Shown here in pieces: positions 8,586 to 16,309 of a stretch of DNA of 64,000 bases. Under the pieces are notes generated by a model, which did no database searches, had not been told where the DNA came from, and was given only the letters and a program-made list of their open reading frames with translations. The stretch's first letter is position 1. Each line of letters starts with the position of its first letter. A program made the translations under genes and the position numbers. Origin of the DNA: Omnitrophica bacterium GWA2_41_15 (GTDB taxonomy: Bacteria; Omnitrophota; Gorgyraeia; Gygaellales; UBA12090); NCBI GenBank assembly GCA_919902675.1, contig CAKKRH010000001.1:3-64002 (forward strand), given 5' to 3'.

Positions 8586-8779
8586 TGAGCGCCTCAGATG
8601 CCGCAAAACAGGAATTAGCGCTTAAGCTCAGCCAATTGGAAGAGTTTAAGAAAAAACTGCCTTCCTACAAAGACAGGCAGTGCGGGGTGATTAAGCATAA
8701 TGACAGCGTGGAGCTGTGGGAGAAAATAGAGGAGTTGGAGGCGGAGATTGAAGATTTGAAACATAAGGAGGATAAATAA
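8585..8779 (+). CDS. hypothetical coiled-coil protein
   Basis: 64-aa charged ORF, start overlapping the hemerythrin stop. No family recognised. Confidence 0.3.
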   Translation: MSASDAAKQELALKLSQLEEFKKKLPSYKDRQCGVIKHNDSVELWEKIEELEAEIEDLKHKEDK

Positions 8780-8780
8780 T

Positions 8781-9176
8781 ATGGCAGAATTAAAAGAGTT
8801 GTATCAGAGCGCGGATTGGAAGAAGGAAAAGCATGTCCCGGTGATTGAGGCACCGCCAAAAGCAAAAAAAGGCGAGTGGATCGCGCTTACCGTAAGCGTA
8901 GGCAAGGAAATTCCCCATCCCAATACCACCGCCCACCATATCCGCTGGATAGAGGTGTATTTCCAGGCCAAGGGAGAAAAGTTCCCATATCAAGTGGCCA
9001 GGGCCGAATTTGTGGCTCACGGCGAGTCAGCCCAGGGCGCGGATACCAGCACTATATTTACTCATCCGGAAGCCGTTTTTAAGTTTAAGAGCGATAAGCC
9101 CGGTACTATTTTTACCTCTTCCTATTGCAATATTCACGGCCTATGGCAAGGCGCCAAAGATATTGAAATAGAATAG
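8781..9176 (+). CDS. superoxide reductase (1Fe-SOR / neelaredoxin type)
   Basis: EKHVPVIE, HPNTTAHHIRWIE, CNIHGLW ligand motifs. Confidence 0.85.
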   Translation: MAELKELYQSADWKKEKHVPVIEAPPKAKKGEWIALTVSVGKEIPHPNTTAHHIRWIEVYFQAKGEKFPYQVARAEFVAHGESAQGADTSTIFTHPEAVFKFKSDKPGTIFTSSYCNIHGLWQGAKDIEIE

Positions 9177-9189
9177 GTTACGGTTAAAA

Positions 9190-9252
9190 TTAGGGACACA
9201 CCCCATTTTCTCAGAAGCAAAACAAAAAAAGGGATGTGTCCCTAATTATTTC
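9190..9252 (+). terminator. long hairpin, probable terminator of the stress operon
   Basis: TTAGGGACACA (9190-9200) pairs with TGTGTCCCTAA (9235-9245). The stem extends through CCC/GGG and T/A runs and is followed by TTATTTCT. Confidence 0.5.
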
Positions 9253-9290
9253 TGCGTCCTTCCTCAAGTTAGGAAGTTATATGAAAAAAC

Positions 9291-9318
9291 TTGACAATTT
9301 TTGGATATATATTATACT
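9291..9318 (+). promoter_or_regulatory. sigma70-like promoter
   Basis: TTGACA 9291-9296, 16-nt spacer, TATACT 9313-9318. It lies about 190 nt upstream of the 982-aa ORF. Confidence 0.45.
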
Positions 9319-9505
9319 TTATATAATAATTTAAAATCATCTGTTTATGGCTGATTTATTTTTTGCTGAATAAGGTTCAGCGAAATGCCACGGAAATACT
9401 CCAGCCGGATTTGATTTTTTCTGCCTTAGGCAGGAGAGGTTAAGTCCGGCGTTTTATTTGTGTAAAGCGTAATATGCAATCTGAAGAATTCAGGAGGGAC
9501 TTAAG

Positions 9506-12454
9506 ATGATCCGTAAAATAATTAATTTAATCTTAATCTTGGGGTTGTTGTTCCAGCAGACAGGTTTCAGCTATGCCGCCGGAGAGCTGAACATAGCCAA
9601 TTACCTTAGCCAGGCGCGTAGCGCGATAGTCACGCCGGACCAATTCCGCCCTCCGCAGTTAAGGTTTATCTCCTATGACACTAAAAGCAACGATTTCAAG
9701 CTATTTTTAGACTCCCCAGCTCCTGAACTCCTAAACTCCCAAAACCCTTTGAACTCTCCAACTCCCAAACTTAACGACTCTACCCAGGAACTCTTTAACT
9801 ACTTCCTGACCGGTCTGGCCTTACCCAATGACACCTTCTGGGTGAACCTAAGGCCGGATGCCCCGGATAATATCATAGACCCGCTTTTAGAGAAGACTGA
9901 GATCGGTAAAATCTTCTTAGAGGCCGACCTGCAGTTAAAGAAGGACACCGCAAGCTACACCTCGCCCCAGAACCCGCAAGGCAGACAATATTGGGATAAG
10001 CTGTATAAGAAGGCCGGAGAGTTGTTTGGTAGTGAGAACATCACCATCCCCACCATCACCCGGCCCTGGATAGTGCCTAATGAAGTGATTGTGAGAGAGA
10101 CCGAGGATTCGGCGTATATCTACAAAGCCACCCTCAAAGTGATGCTGGAAGAGGACTATCTAAAAAACTATCAGCAATCCAATCCAAACCACCAACCTCT
10201 AACCTCCAACTATAGTTTCTCCGGCCCCAGGATGAAAGAGTTGAATCAGTATTCCACCCAGCTGATCAAGGAAACTATTATTCCTCAACTGACCAAAGAG
10301 GTCAATTCCTCAAAGAGATACGCCAAGCTAAGGCAGGTCTATTATTCCTTAGTCCTTTCCCGCTGGTTTAAGCAGAAATACAGTCGCGGGTCTGCGGTCT
10401 CGGGTCCCCAGTCAGCAGGACAAGATACTTCTTATGTCAAGCTTATAAATTCCAGGGATTTAACTAATCTTGCTTCCCATGAGCCTTGTGATAAGCAGGC
10501 CTACTTCCAGGCCTACCAGAAGTCCTTTAAAGACGGGGAATATAATCTCCAAGAGACCCTACCCACCCCCATCGGCCAGAGTATCCGCAGTTATGTCAGC
10601 GGAGGGATAGTTGCGAGCCCTATAACTTTTGCAGGGATAAATGCGGAAGAGAATATTGGAGTAACAAAGGCATTGACTGGCCAACCTCCGGCCACTACCG
10701 CCTCGCCGCTGGATATTGACGAGATAGTAAAAAATATTGGCGATATGTTTACAGGAAGAGGACTTAGAACAGCAAACCTTCTTGGCGTGAAATATCCGGA
10801 AAAACTTTCTGAAGAAATAAAAGTACTTATTAAAGACTATTATGCCAACCCCGATGATGCTGTTAAATTTAGCAAGGCAAGTAAGGCATTGAGGGAAGTT
10901 GTTAAAGTAGAAGGATATGATCAAGAGTCTAAGGAAATAATAGAAAAAGGAATAACATGGTCGATAATCGCTACTGGCGAATTAGTGAATTATTATCAGA
11001 AAAGTATCCCTCTGGGCTTAGAACTCATTTCAAAGTTAGAGGGTACATTAGATAAAAAAATTATATTTACAACTCAAAAAGGGCGTGAAGCATATAAAGA
11101 TGAATTTGGTAATGCTCAACGAGAACTTAAAAAGTATGTGGCGGTTGAGAAGGCGGGGGGATTTCTAGAAGAAATTATGGATAGAGGGGAGGACATATAT
11201 ATTTTAAAATATAAATTTATGGAAGCAGAAGCTAAATTTTCCGCCGGCTCGCCGCTGAATGGCGAAGCGTTAGAAGTTGAATTAGTAAAATTACCAAAGA
11301 CCGAAAAACTGCTAAGCGATTTAATCAAAATTTTCTCTAAGGTGGATAAGAGCGCTCAATTGGGACCTCAAATAGCTATTTTAATAGCAGAGATGCTCAC
11401 AGAGAGTGGGGTGACTCCCTTTCCCGGTGAAAGTCCTAATGTATATTTAATGCGCGGAGCTGTTATGAAATCCGTAACCACTTTTTTTTCTAGCAAAAAA
11501 TTATACAATTTATATTCCAAGGATAGATTTTCTATAACAGAAGTCTTAGATAAGATTAAAGAAGGGCTACTGTTAGAAAAGTCGACAAATATTCCAGGGA
11601 GAAAGATATCAGAGGAAACTAAAAAGTACATCATTGCGCTCATAGATTTATATATTGAGGCAGTAGATAATGCAAAAAATGCTATTGAGAAGCAAGGAGA
11701 AACTTCCGTCGCCTCGCCACTGACATTAGAAAAAATGAAAAGTATAGTTTTTGAACAGGCGGGCATTCTTAAGGACCAATATAGTTCTTCCAATAACGAA
11801 AGAAATGAAATTGAAAATATGGTTGCAAATGTCCCGAACATGAGAACAAAAAAAGAATTGAAGGAATTTGTGCTTACTGAGATGATTTCCGGTATAAACA
11901 GTTACATAAAAAAAAGAAATTCAGAAAGCGAAGAGGAATTGCGATCAAGAAACTTTGAGGCTTATAAAGAAATCTATCGTAAAGTAATGTTATTGATTTC
12001 AGTGAAGGAAGCATTGGTATTATTAACTAAAGGATATGCTAATCATTCTGGCGCAGCCTCGCCGGCTAAAGGAGTTTCTTCGTCTCTACAGACAAAACGC
12101 GGCGGTATTGACTTTACCGATCGGGCTTTGCAGATTAAGCTGGAGCGGGTGGGGAGCTTTGCGGATTTAAAAATGATGTTGCCGGGGATAAGCAATGTGG
12201 AGGCAATTGACCTGGATAATGAGTTTAAGCAGATCCAGGCGATGGTTAGCTCTAGCATTCGTCCTTCGGATACCCGGATCCTGGAATTCGCCGCGGCCTG
12301 CTATTACCGGGGCGAGTTTGACTACAGGCTCACCCAGGTAAGCTCCTGTATCAAAGCGGCCCACCTTGCCGATGAGCTCTTGGGCCGGGAAAGCTCGCAG
12401 GCCCTGCGCCTGGCCACCATACTGCCGGACGCGCCGTATGGTGGAAGAATTTGA
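9506..12454 (+). CDS. large secreted protein of unknown function
   Basis: 982-aa ORF with a signal peptide (MIRKIINLILILGLLFQQTGFSYAAG) and GGAGGG RBS. It has low-complexity P/N/S tracts, a K/E-rich AT-rich middle and a GGIDF-containing C-terminal domain. Confidence 0.6.
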   Translation: MIRKIINLILILGLLFQQTGFSYAAGELNIANYLSQARSAIVTPDQFRPPQLRFISYDTKSNDFKLFLDSPAPELLNSQNPLNSPTPKLNDSTQELFNYFLTGLALPNDTFWVNLRPDAPDNIIDPLLEKTEIGKIFLEADLQLKKDTASYTSPQNPQGRQYWDKLYKKAGELFGSENITIPTITRPWIVPNEVIVRETEDSAYIYKATLKVMLEEDYLKNYQQSNPNHQPLTSNYSFSGPRMKELNQYSTQLIKETIIPQLTKEVNSSKRYAKLRQVYYSLVLSRWFKQKYSRGSAVSGPQSAGQDTSYVKLINSRDLTNLASHEPCDKQAYFQAYQKSFKDGEYNLQETLPTPIGQSIRSYVSGGIVASPITFAGINAEENIGVTKALTGQPPATTASPLDIDEIVKNIGDMFTGRGLRTANLLGVKYPEKLSEEIKVLIKDYYANPDDAVKFSKASKALREVVKVEGYDQESKEIIEKGITWSIIATGELVNYYQKSIPLGLELISKLEGTLDKKIIFTTQKGREAYKDEFGNAQRELKKYVAVEKAGGFLEEIMDRGEDIYILKYKFMEAEAKFSAGSPLNGEALEVELVKLPKTEKLLSDLIKIFSKVDKSAQLGPQIAILIAEMLTESGVTPFPGESPNVYLMRGAVMKSVTTFFSSKKLYNLYSKDRFSITEVLDKIKEGLLLEKSTNIPGRKISEETKKYIIALIDLYIEAVDNAKNAIEKQGETSVASPLTLEKMKSIVFEQAGILKDQYSSSNNERNEIENMVANVPNMRTKKELKEFVLTEMISGINSYIKKRNSESEEELRSRNFEAYKEIYRKVMLLISVKEALVLLTKGYANHSGAASPAKGVSSSLQTKRGGIDFTDRALQIKLERVGSFADLKMMLPGISNVEAIDLDNEFKQIQAMVSSSIRPSDTRILEFAAACYYRGEFDYRLTQVSSCIKAAHLADELLGRESSQALRLATILPDAPYGGRI

Positions 12455-12488
12455 ATTAGAATGGAATTAGAAAGTTAGATATTCCAAC

Positions 12489-12517
12489 TTGACATACTTT
12501 CTAACTTATGGTATATT
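12489..12517 (+). promoter_or_regulatory. sigma70-like promoter
   Basis: TTGACA 12489-12494, 17-nt spacer, TATATT 12512-12517. Confidence 0.5.
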
Positions 12518-12538
12518 TGTCTTGGAGGTGAAGCAATA

Positions 12539-12802
12539 ATGACAATCACAAAGCTTAAAGCAAAGAATCAGTTAACTATTCCCAGCGCGATAGTCAGGCG
12601 CCTGCGTTTAAAGCCGCAGGAGTTGTTCGCGATAGACATAGAGGATAATTTCATAAAATTAATCCCGGTTAAAATGGAACCGCGTTATACCGCGGAGGAA
12701 TTGAGAGCCGTTGATAATATCGTAAGCAAGGAAAAGGGCAGGGCCAAGGTTTTAAGCCCGGGAAAAGACTTTTCCGGATACATTAAGAAAATTGCCGGAT
12801 GA
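12539..12802 (+). CDS. AbrB/MazE/SpoVT-type antitoxin
   Basis: N-terminal KAKNQLTIPSAIVRRLRLKPQELF swapped-hairpin motif. 4-nt ATGA overlap with the downstream toxin. Confidence 0.7.
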   Translation: MTITKLKAKNQLTIPSAIVRRLRLKPQELFAIDIEDNFIKLIPVKMEPRYTAEELRAVDNIVSKEKGRAKVLSPGKDFSGYIKKIAG

Positions 12803-13080
12803 AGAGAGTCTTAATACTGCCGTCTTTTGAGCGTTCGCTTAAAAGATTGACTCCCAAAGATAGAAATAAACTTTCGCGCAGTCTTGAGGCCTTTAACTCT
12901 TTTCTGTTTTCCGGCGACCTTCCTCCAGGATTAGGATTCAAAAAAATAAACCATGATAAGTATGAGTTTAGAGTTGACATAAGGTTGAGGGTTATTGTGA
13001 AGGCGGAAAACGACGATTATTGTTTGGTATTGGTTGGAAATCATAACGAGGTAAAAATGTATTTGCGTGATTTTAGATAA
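12799..13080 (+). CDS. RelE/ParE (YafQ-like) superfamily toxin
   Basis: 93 aa with FERSLKRLTPKDRNKL, KYEFRVDIRLRVI and LVGNHNEV, typical of RelE/ParE-fold toxins. Confidence 0.65.
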   Translation: MKRVLILPSFERSLKRLTPKDRNKLSRSLEAFNSFLFSGDLPPGLGFKKINHDKYEFRVDIRLRVIVKAENDDYCLVLVGNHNEVKMYLRDFR

Positions 13081-13088
13081 GAATTTTC

Positions 13089-13116
13089 TTGACATATTTT
13101 TTTTGTCTTGTATACT
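13089..13116 (+). promoter_or_regulatory. sigma70-like promoter of the sulfur cluster
   Basis: TTGACA 13089-13094, 16-nt spacer, TATACT 13111-13116. Confidence 0.5.
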
Positions 13117-13143
13117 CTACTATGTTAATGGAGATTATAGATT

Positions 13144-13584
13144 ATGCGGATAACTTATAGAGGGGATTATGCCCTGCGGGCGGTGCTGGATTTGGCAGCG
13201 CATTATAACCAGGGGGTGGTAACTATCCACCAGCTGGCCAAGAGGGCGGACGCCCCGGTGAAGTTTCTGGAGCAGGTGCTCTTGGACCTGAAGAAAGGAG
13301 GGTTTGTTGAGAGTAAGCGCGGCACAAACGGAGGGTATCTTTTATCCCGGCATCCTAAAAATATAAAGATGGGCGAGGTGGTCAGGTTCATAGATGGGCC
13401 GATTGAGCCGATTGCCTGTGTTGAGGAGCGCTATTCCGGCTGTAAGAGCATGCCGGCGTGTGTGTTAAGGAAGGTGTGCAAGGAGGTGGCCGTGGCTACC
13501 TCTAATATAGTGGATAAGGTAACATTTGAGGATTTAGCCAGCCAGGCCAAAACAGGGAAAAAGGAAGCGGTGTATTCTATTTAA
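13144..13584 (+). CDS. Rrf2 family transcriptional regulator (IscR/CymR-like, Cys-cluster type)
   Basis: MRITYRGDYALRAVLDLA wHTH N-terminus, GGYLLSR, and a CVEERYSGCKSMPAC cysteine triad. Confidence 0.85.
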   Translation: MRITYRGDYALRAVLDLAAHYNQGVVTIHQLAKRADAPVKFLEQVLLDLKKGGFVESKRGTNGGYLLSRHPKNIKMGEVVRFIDGPIEPIACVEERYSGCKSMPACVLRKVCKEVAVATSNIVDKVTFEDLASQAKTGKKEAVYSI

Positions 13585-13599
13585 GGAGGAGAAAGAGAA

Positions 13600-14334
13600 A
13601 TGAGTCTGTTGAACAATAAAGATGATTTAAAGGATTTGGTGGAAAAACTTAATTTTAAGGAGAAGGTGGATAGGTCGCTTGAGCTGATCAAAGAGGCATA
13701 TCAGAAATACGGCGATAGTATGGTAGTGGCTAACAGCTTAGGCAAGGATTCGGTCTGCGTCTGGGATTTGGCAATGAAGGTCAGCCCGAAAATCCGGGGG
13801 TTTATTGTTACTACCCGTTTTAAGCCGGCAGAGACCATCAAATTTATGAATGATGAAGTCCGTAAGTACCCCCAGCTTAAAATTTATAAGAATGATGTCA
13901 AAATTGCCGATAAGCTTTATGAGACCGATCCGGATAAATGCTGCGATCTTTTAAAAGTGGAGCCGGTCAGCCGGGCCATTGAGGAGATGCAGGTCAAATG
14001 CTGGGTTACCGGACTGCGCTGCACTGAGGGCCGCACCCGCACCGATTATAAAGAAGTTGAGGAGCGGGATAAGGGCCTGGTTAAACTTAATCCTATACTA
14101 ATTTGGAAGGAAAGAGAAGTCTGGCAGTATCTGGCAATTTACGGAGTCAGGGTTAATCTTTTATACGCCGAGGGATACCGTTCCTTAGGCTGTGCCCCTT
14201 GCACCAAGATTACCAGCGACGATAACGAACGGGCCGGACGCTGGCTGGGCACCAGTAAATGCGGCGGAGAATGCGGAATACACACCCGCCCCTTAAAGAA
14301 GGTGCGTTCAGATGACGCTTTGCAGTTAATATAA
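13600..14334 (+). CDS. cysH: phosphoadenosine/adenosine phosphosulfate reductase (CysH family)
   Basis: PP-loop-like SLGKDSVCV, LGCAPCT, and a C-terminal ECGIH catalytic motif. Confidence 0.8.
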   Translation: MSLLNNKDDLKDLVEKLNFKEKVDRSLELIKEAYQKYGDSMVVANSLGKDSVCVWDLAMKVSPKIRGFIVTTRFKPAETIKFMNDEVRKYPQLKIYKNDVKIADKLYETDPDKCCDLLKVEPVSRAIEEMQVKCWVTGLRCTEGRTRTDYKEVEERDKGLVKLNPILIWKEREVWQYLAIYGVRVNLLYAEGYRSLGCAPCTKITSDDNERAGRWLGTSKCGGECGIHTRPLKKVRSDDALQLI

Positions 14335-14342
14335 CGATTGAT

Positions 14343-15185
14343 ATGGGTTTAAAAGTTGAAAACCTGAGCAAGTCTTTCTGGCGTAAAGATGTGGGGAATA
14401 TCCCCGTCCTTGAGGATGTTAGTTTTGAGCTTAAGGACGGGGAATTTGCCTGCGTGCTTGGGCCTTCAGGGTGCGGTAAATCCACCCTGCTCAATATTGC
14501 CGGGGGCCTGGTTAAGCCGGATAAGGGCAGTGTCTGTGTTGACGGTTCCCGCGTGAGCGAACCCTCGCCGGAGCGGGTGATTATTTTTCAGGAGCCCACG
14601 CTTTTTCCCTGGATGACGGTTCTTGAGAATGTGCTTTTTGCTTTAAAGACTAAACCGATCAAGAAGCCGGATAAACAGGATATTGCCATTTCTTTCTTAA
14701 GGAAGGTGCACCTGGGGAAGTTTATTAACGCCCATCCCCATGAGCTTTCCGCGGGAATGAAACAGCGGGTGGCTATTGCCCGGGCCCTGGCCATGGAGCC
14801 GAAAATACTGCTTATGGATGAGCCGCTCAGTCTGGTTGATGACCAGACCCGTTTTATGCTTCACTATGAAATCCAGCAGATTTTTAAAGAGACCAAAAAG
14901 ACTGTTTTGTTTGTTACCAGTTCGGTGGAAGAGGCAGTATGCCTGGCGGATAGATTATTTGTTTTTTCCGCCCGGCCGGGAAAGATTTTATTTGAACAAA
15001 AAATAGGCTTTTCTCATCCCAGGAGAGAAACCGATCCCCAGTTGGTATTCTTGCAGGATAACATCAGCACTATATTGGAGAGAGAATTTGAAAAGACAGC
15101 CAAAGAGGAGATGGACATTGAATACGTTCTTACGAAGAGCGGCGTTTTGGTTCCTTTTGATCGTAATCTGGGAAGCAATATTTAG
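14343..15185 (+). CDS. ABC transporter ATP-binding protein (NitT/TauT, sulfonate/nitrate/taurine type)
   Basis: Walker A GPSGCGKST, signature LSAGMKQR, Walker B LLMDEP. Confidence 0.85.
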   Translation: MGLKVENLSKSFWRKDVGNIPVLEDVSFELKDGEFACVLGPSGCGKSTLLNIAGGLVKPDKGSVCVDGSRVSEPSPERVIIFQEPTLFPWMTVLENVLFALKTKPIKKPDKQDIAISFLRKVHLGKFINAHPHELSAGMKQRVAIARALAMEPKILLMDEPLSLVDDQTRFMLHYEIQQIFKETKKTVLFVTSSVEEAVCLADRLFVFSARPGKILFEQKIGFSHPRRETDPQLVFLQDNISTILEREFEKTAKEEMDIEYVLTKSGVLVPFDRNLGSNI

Positions 15186-15873
15186 GTTTAACGTATTTCC
15201 GGCCCGTAATTTTCCTTCCTTGTGTATGGTATTGGGAAAATTCGCCGAAGGATTTATCTCCGGAGAATATTTATTATCCCTTAAGACCAGCCTGTTGAGA
15301 ATCGGTATCGGATACAGCCTGGCAATTATTTTAGGTATTTTCTTAGGGTTAGCCATGGGCCTGGTGAAGTTTATTGACGAGGGTGTAAGCGGGATACTCC
15401 TGGGCCTGCAGTCAATGGGACACGCGGCCTGGGTGCCTTTCGCGGTTTTATTCTTTGGGGAAAATGAACTGGCGGTTATTTTTATTGTCCAGATAAGCGC
15501 GATGATTGTAATTACCCTGAATACCGAAAGCGGGATAAAGTTTGTTTCACCCCAGCTCATAAACCAGGCGCGCATCAGCGGGATAAAGGGGGTAAGCCTG
15601 TTTCGGGAGGTGGTGTTGCCGGCGGCAGTGCCTTCAATAATTACCGGGATGCGCTTAGGCTGGGCTTTTTCCTGGCGGGGATTGGTTACGGCGGAGATTT
15701 TGGTTTCGGGCTTGGGTATCGGCCACATCCTTATGCGGGCCAAGGAGCAGAAAGATATGGCCTATGTTATGGCGACAATGCTTTTGATTGCCTCTATTTC
15801 TATTATTGTGGACAATCTGATTTTTAAGAACCTAGAGAACAGCGTGCGTCGGCGCTGGGGAATAGCAAAGTAA
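15088..15873 (+). CDS. ABC transporter permease (SsuC/TauC-like)
   Basis: Six-TM BPD-transporter-like ORF. The track start overlaps the ATPase by 98 nt. A TTG at about 15118 behind AGGAGA is a more likely start. Confidence 0.75.
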   Translation: MKRQPKRRWTLNTFLRRAAFWFLLIVIWEAIFRFNVFPARNFPSLCMVLGKFAEGFISGEYLLSLKTSLLRIGIGYSLAIILGIFLGLAMGLVKFIDEGVSGILLGLQSMGHAAWVPFAVLFFGENELAVIFIVQISAMIVITLNTESGIKFVSPQLINQARISGIKGVSLFREVVLPAAVPSIITGMRLGWAFSWRGLVTAEILVSGLGIGHILMRAKEQKDMAYVMATMLLIASISIIVDNLIFKNLENSVRRRWGIAK

Positions 15874-15875
15874 AC

Positions 15876-15903
15876 CCAAAATCAAAATGCGAAAATCAAA
15901 ATT
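15876..15903. repeat. heptanucleotide array (CAAAATN x4)
   Basis: CCAAAAT CAAAATG CGAAAAT CAAAATT spanning the permease/JAMM junction and the first JAMM codons. Confidence 0.55.
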
Positions 15904-16306
15904 ATGGGTAAAAAGGGAGATTTACGATGAGCTTCTCCGGCACTGTCTGAGAGAGCCGGCAAAGGAGTCCTGCGGCATACTGGCCGGCCGCTCCGGCAGG
16001 ATAGAGAGGATTTTTCCCTTAGCCAATATCTCTGATACTCCCAAACTTTGTTATATGATTGACCCTAAGGAACAACTTTCAGTTTTTAAGGAACTGCGCG
16101 AGGATAATTTGGAGTTAACAGCGATATATCACTCCCATGTGGATGTTCAGGCTTACCCGTCAAAAAAAGATGTGGAGCTGGCTTTTTATCCGGAGAGTTC
16201 TTATGTTATAATTTCCCTAAGCAAACAAAAACCGCCTGAGACGCGCTCCTTTAGGATCATCGAGGGCAAGATTGAGGAAGAAGAATTAGAAATAGTTAGT
16301 AATTGA
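15887..16306 (+). CDS. JAMM/MPN+ (Mov34) metalloprotease, Mec/QbsD/HcyD-like
   Basis: ESCGIL (catalytic Glu) and HSHVDVQAYPSKKD (HxHx7Sx2D JAMM motif). Confidence 0.8.
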   Translation: MRKSKLWVKREIYDELLRHCLREPAKESCGILAGRSGRIERIFPLANISDTPKLCYMIDPKEQLSVFKELREDNLELTAIYHSHVDVQAYPSKKDVELAFYPESSYVIISLSKQKPPETRSFRIIEGKIEEEELEIVSN

Positions 16307-16309
16307 TTT

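Noticed and set aside
9319-9505. Leader of the 982-aa gene considered as a c-di-GMP or other known riboswitch
   Set aside because: I could not find the conserved core sequences of any riboswitch class I remember. It is kept only as an unclassified structured leader.
14988-15743. 251-aa minus-strand ORF
   Set aside because: It lies entirely antisense to the well-supported ABC permease gene and has a low-complexity R/P/I-rich translation with no motifs. It is a shadow ORF.
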